NCBI RefSeq assembly: GCF_016432865.1
Contig: NC_067401.1
Location: forward strand, 16,864,001-16,928,000
Source: Antechinus flavipes
Taxonomy: Eukaryota
Direction: 5' to 3'
DNA length: 64,000 bases
The notes beneath the pieces were generated by a model. It was not told the origin of the DNA. It made no database searches and was given only the letters and a program-made list of their open reading frames with translations. The position numbers and the translations under genes were made by a program. The stretch's first letter is position 1; each line of letters starts with the position of its first letter. This document shows positions 58,551 through 64,000 of this stretch, one piece after another.

Positions 58551-61500
58551 TGTCAGAGCCTCTGGAGAATTAAATCCAGTGCGGTTCCCACCGTTAAGAT
58601 TTCCCTGAATGCGCAGAATAATACACTTGCTCCGTCAACTGTTACTTAATCCATGGAAAAAACCCACCTGCCTCAAACACCTGCTGGGCTGCATAGATAA
58701 GTCTGTTCTCCTGAGGGAAATTAAACAAGAGAGGGACTAACAACAGCTGCTGAACGAACACGCAGCGATAAACCTTGGCTTTGTGGAGGCTCCGTCCTCC
58801 GTCCTCCCCAAAAGAGGCTTGGCCAGAGAGGCCGTCAAAGGGCCCATTCATGATCACGCCGTTCAAAGGGGCCTCAGCCGCCGCTCCCTGCCTGCTCAGG
58901 TGCACCAGATTGGGACCAGCAGCAGACGCCCGTCCCGACCCTCCCCCTCATCCCCGTGACTCGAAGGACTTGGGGAATAGAAAGATTTGCCAATATTTGA
59001 ACTAGGGCGCAGCTTGACAGCTCCCCCTCCCCTCGTCTGGCTGTTGTCAGCATTGTTACACTCTGGAGAGGGGTCTGAGTCCCTCAACTGGAGCGATTTC
59101 CTTGCAGATCCTGGGCCTCCAGGGTGCCCACGTTAAAGCCAGAGCCTTCTGACGTAGTCTGCGCAGTAGGTAGTGGGGAAGGTGGAGTCGAGTCTCTCTG
59201 GGCACCTCTGCCTCCGCTTCCCAGCCATCAATGGAGGTAACTACCTCCCAGGGTGGTGGTGAGGATGCAAGGAGATATTACTAAAGTGCTCAGTCCGAGG
59301 CCTGGCACATAGTAGGTGCTTAATTAATGCTTGTCCACACCTTCTTCCTGTTCTATCCCTGGCCCTAATGTGAAAAGGCTTAGTTTGGGGGCAGGGGTGG
59401 GTGGGCAGTGGCACGGGGGCAGGCCCTGCCTTCTGCCCATGTTGCTCTCTGTCCGGACTCTCTCCAGAGCCTTGGTGGGGCCTTGGGCTGTCGGGGTTAT
59501 TTGCATGTGGTGTCTGAGGTCCAAGCGCTTGAGCTGCTGGAACATCGTCAGGTGGCTGACACGGCTGCAGCTCGAGCCAGGTCTTCCTTGGCTCTGAACT
59601 CGGACCCGAGCCTTGTTTCCCCACAGCTGGAAATGCTCCTTTTGCGGAAGTTGGTGTGAAAACAAAGCGTTTTCCCCAGGCTAAGTGAAACCTCCAGGCC
59701 GGTGGCTCCCTTACCAGAGGAGGCAGTTTGGGATCCCAAAGAGCTTGGGCAGGTCGGCGTTAGGAGGGCCTTGACGAGGCTTCTCCCAGCAGCCTCAGGG
59801 ACGAGAGGCAAGCGTGAGCAGCCCGGTGGGTTCTGGATAGTTAAGAAAAGTGCCCTAGAATGTTGATAGGGGAGAGCTGCCAGCAAAATCTGGGAACAGG
59901 AAGCGAAAAATGGCCGGTCTGTAAAAGGAGAGAATTGGGTCCTGGGTCAGGGATCGAGGAGCCCTTCCCAGCGTGAGAAGCAGGGCTGTCTCACTCAGAC
60001 TGACCTTCACCCCTGGGGGCTGCCATGCTAACGTCACCGAGGATTGGTTAAACATTCCCAGTTATATCTGAGCCTGGTTCGGCCACCCTCGGAGGCAGGG
60101 GCCCCAGCCTGACAGGTCCCTAATAGAAAGTTTCCAGAAGCCCCTGTTGGAAAACTGAAGTGTACACTAGCTCTGGTTTCTGCTCGTGCAGCTTCATGGG
60201 ATCGTGGCTTTAACCAAAAAGGGACCATAGAGACACAGATTCTCCTGACCGTTCCTTGGCTCCCTCCACCGTTACCTTCCTCTCATCCAGAGCTTGGGGC
60301 CTTGGGCTTACTTAGCCCAGCTCTGCCTTCCCAGATAACCTGTTACCTCTCTAACCTTCAGTTTCCTTCTTTTAAAAAAAATAAATAAAAGAAAAAAAAT
60401 GTGATCTCTGAGGTCCCTTTCAACTCCAGATCCCAATACCTGCAATGTGGGACCTGACTAGACCCACAGGTAAGCTCTCCCTCTGGAGCCCTTAGGGTTA
60501 GGGCCGGGGGCAGGGAGGTGGCCTGTTTGGGGATGGAGTGCTCCCATGTCTTCTCACCAAAGTCACCATGCTCACTTTGACTCAATTTCAAATTCAAGCT
60601 CTGAGGGAGACCCTAAAGATTTGAGAGGCACAATTTTTAGGCTTTCCCCTCCGGGACAGCCACTGGTTTTATAGCTTTCTGCTGGCGTTTGTTTAGGGAT
60701 TTCTCTCCTCTCTTTGCTTGCACGGAAAAGAAATTTAAACCTTGGAGACTCGGATTAAGCGATTAAACCACGTTGCCTGGCCTGCCCAACTTCAGTGAAA
60801 GATTATCTTAATTTTTCAAAAATATCTCCTTCTGGGAAGAGCAGTGGCAGGTCCCCAGGAGCTCCATGGTGACGGATAGCTTGGGCGGAGCGCGGGGCTC
60901 GTTTTATTCGATTCTGCTGTCGCGGGGCCCGTTGGCAGCTTGGCCCTCTCCCCTAAACCAAGCACAGGCGGAGCGGCCAACATCAACACGCCGAGCCAGC
61001 ACGGCAGGAAGCTTCTGCGCGTTGTGAGCCGGCAGTTCATTTCAGAGCAAGTCTTTGCCTCTAGTTCAGGGACCTGGAGCAGCAGAGACCTGGCGTGACT
61101 GACCCCAGGAGCTAAAAGAGGAGACGCAGAGCGCGCTTGATGGCCCGGCCTTGGCCCGGCTCCACGTGTCGAACAAACGGGGGCTTGTGCAAAGCCCTGG
61201 CTCCTGCCCGGCCTCGCTCCTCCTTCAGGGCACCTCCTGCCAGACTTGCACTTTCTCGTAAGGCGTCGACAGTGGCGTTTTCTGGGCCTCTGCTGCGGAT
61301 GAGATCCTGACCTTGGGGTGGCTGGGAAATAGCCTCCCTCCCCCGGGCCTCCTCGCAGGGAGATTCCAATGAATCGGTCCTTTGTGGTGTGACTATAAAT
61401 AGCCCCCCTCCGGGTTCGTGAGTTTTCATTAAGACCCCTCCCTTGGAAAACATTTTCCCCGGTCAGTTTCTTTGGCCCCCTCATCCCTCACCACATCCTC

Positions 61501-62559
61501 TGTTGGCTGCTGCCTCGGCTTCTATTCCTGACTCACGCTCAGCTCGCTTCCTGCCCCAGGGAGGCACAGAGCCCGGCTTCATTACACTCCGTGCTCCGGG
61601 AGGAGGCCTGGCAAAGTCCCAGCCCTCTCCCCACCCCCGGTCTGGGCAAAGGAGCTCCCTGTCAGATGCTCCTGGAGCCGGGACTGGGGGCTCACCTGCA
61701 GTCTTGGCGAGGGACTTGACCCCAGGCACTTTAAAGCCTCTGGGCCATCGGCCTCTTCACAAATGAGGGCCACTGGACCCCCATTTAACTTTGTACTTAC
61801 CTCGGTTTGTGTCAGGGACACAGCCTTTCTCTCCAGAAGCTTAGCTTAGTTATTCATTCTCCATTTTTGAAAGAAAATAGGGGCTTTCTGCACTGCCCAT
61901 AAGAGGGTCTGTTCTTGGTTTTAAAGGAAACTTTCACACTATCTGGAGACCTTGATGTCTCGAAGTAGTTTGTGTAGGAATCCGTTTGAGTACCACCAAG
62001 TATGTCACAAATCTGAGGAGACCCTGGGCAAAGCTGCTGATGACTCAGGCTATTGCTGCCATTGACAGTCCAGTTGATAAGAGGGTTATCTCATCCAGAA
62101 CAACACTGGGAATTTACTACTGTCCCGGTGCCTACTTATTGCTGGACATTTCACATCCAGTACCTTTGTTCATCAGATCTGGGTGACTTTCCGGGAACTT
62201 TGCCTTTTGAATGGTTACCGAGCACAGAGTTGAAGGCCACAGCCTTGGATCAAAGGCCTTTCTCCCCACTTCTCTTCTGCGAGAGCAACCCCCATTTTAA
62301 CATTTCAGACGTCAAGAAGGGAGCTCACTCTTTGGTCTCTGTGCTGTATGCTGGCCTGTGAAATCCTGCTCAGGCATGGGACCATGTCCTTTGAGCATTG
62401 CTGGGAAGCCAGGCCCAATCTTCACCCATCTGGGGATCCAGAAGAGATGGAAAAGGAGAAGCATGAGGTACTGGGGACAGGATAAGAGTGCTCTGTCCCC
62501 AAGCAGCAGCTCCTCCTGCTCAGGCCACTGAGTGGACAGGAACTGCCCCAAAGGCACCT

Positions 62560-64000
62560 AAAGTGTTGTTATCCCAGGTTCTTTTTCCTTTTTGACATTT
62601 TTTTTGAATTCTGAAATCTCTTCCTCTAGTCCCTCCCCTGTTCTTTGAGAAGGCAGGCAAAATGATACCGTTATATCTTTGAAATCATGCAAAACGTTCC
62701 ACATTTGCCATGTTGTTGGGGGGTGGGAAGGAGGACAAGAAAAATATTCATTTTGTATTCGAAGTCCGTCACTTCTCTCTCTGGAGGTGAAGACCACTCT
62801 TCATGATGAGTCTTGCAGTTTTCTTGGTCAGAATAGCTAAGTCTTTCAAAGTTGATCATTGATACAGTATTATTGTTGCTGTGTGTGGTGTTCTCCTTTA
62901 CATTGTCTCATATAAAGCTTACCAGGTTTCTCTGAAATCATTGCTCATCGTTTCTTACAGCACAACACTTCATCGTAGTCATAGATTGGGACAGCCATTC
63001 CCCAATTGATGGGCATCCCATCAATTTCTAATTCTTTGCTATTACATAAACATCTGCTATAAGTAGTTTGTACCTATGGGTCCATTTTCCTCTGAGCTCT
63101 TTGGAAGACAGACCTAGTAGTAGTATTGCTAACTCAAAGGGGATACACAATTATGTGGCCTTTTGAGTATACCTCCAAATTGTTCTCCAGAGTAGTTTGC
63201 ATCCATTTCACAACTCTTATCAACAGTGCATCAGTGTTCCAATTTTTCCAAATCCCCTCCAGCATTTGTCTTTTCCTGCCATGTTAGCCAATCTGAATGA
63301 TATCAGTTGGTACCTAAGAATTGTTTTAATTTGCATTTTTCTAATTAGACATTGACTGAGAACATTGTTTATGTAATGTAATAGCTTTGAGTCATCTTCT
63401 GAAAACTGTTTATATCGTTTCATTATCATCTGGGAAATGGCTCTTATTTTTATAAATTTGGTTCAGTTCCTTACGTATTTGAGAAATGAGGTTTTTTTTA
63501 ATATTACTATAAAAATTTTTCCCCAGTTTCCTATTTTCTAATTTTGAAAGTATTGGTTTTGTTTGTTCAAAAACTTTTAAACTTTAATCAAAGTGGTCCA
63601 TTTTATTTTCCTGTGAGCTTCTCTGTCTCTGGTTTGGTCATAAACTGTTCTGGTATCCATAGATCCAATAAGTAATTTTTTTCCAAACACTCCAATTTGC
63701 TTATGGTACCACCTTTTAGGTCTAAATCATGTGCCCATTTTGATCTTATCTTGGTCAAAAGTATAAGATGCTGGCATATACCTAGTTTCTGCCAAACTAC
63801 TCCTACAGTTTTTCCAATAACTTTTGTCAGATAGTAAGTCCTTAACCTAAAAGCTTGGGTCTTTTAGGTTTCTATGGTCGTTTACTACTATGTATTATGT
63901 ATCTAATCTATTCCAGTGATCTACCATTCTGTCTTAGTACCAGAGTATTTGATGGTTGCCACTTTGTAATACCATTTGAGATCTGATAAAACTAGGCCAC
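62560..64000 (-). mobile_element. Degenerate L1 (ORF2 C-terminus and 3'UTR), running off the end of the window
   Basis: The ORF at 63220-63429 translates to IRKMQIKTILRYQLISFRLANM..KCWRGFGKIGTLMHC, the L1 ORF2 Cys-rich C-terminus. Stops and frameshifts surround it. Confidence 0.85.

Noticed and set aside
60816-61484. 222-aa minus-strand ORF
   Set aside because: No recognisable homology. Its length is explained by local GC richness.
63220-63429. 69-aa ORF with a Cys motif
   Set aside because: Remnant of the L1 ORF2 C-terminus, not a host gene.

Overview
Mammalian genomic DNA, most likely a dasyurid marsupial (inferred from WSINE1/Mar1-type SINEs, marsupial-type L1 3' tails and an OC1-type hAT MITE). 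The window holds the single-copy ancestral block of the Williams-Beuren region: POM121 (+, 13 coding exons, 1253 aa), NSUN5 (-, 10 exons, 457 aa), TRIM50 (-, 6 coding exons, 488 aa) and FKBP6 (+, 8 coding exons, 331 aa). I traced every exon by hand. Splice phases chain correctly and all four reading frames are intact. POM121/NSUN5 are tail-to-tail and TRIM50/FKBP6 are head-to-head. There is one 793-nt N gap inside a TRIM50 intron. I found no evidence of a new gene or new biological system. The most interesting details are an OC1-type hAT MITE inside the POM121 promoter CpG island, back-to-back poly(A) signals between POM121 and NSUN5, a 51-bp VNTR in NSUN5 intron 1, a Pro/Thr/Ala repeat expansion in the POM121 FG exon, PRC1.6-type motifs at the FKBP6 promoter (one apparently MIR-derived), a GC-AG intron in FKBP6, SINE/L1-derived CTCF-like sites and several young retroelements with target-site duplications. 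Comparisons with human proteins and repeat consensus sequences are from memory, not from database searches.
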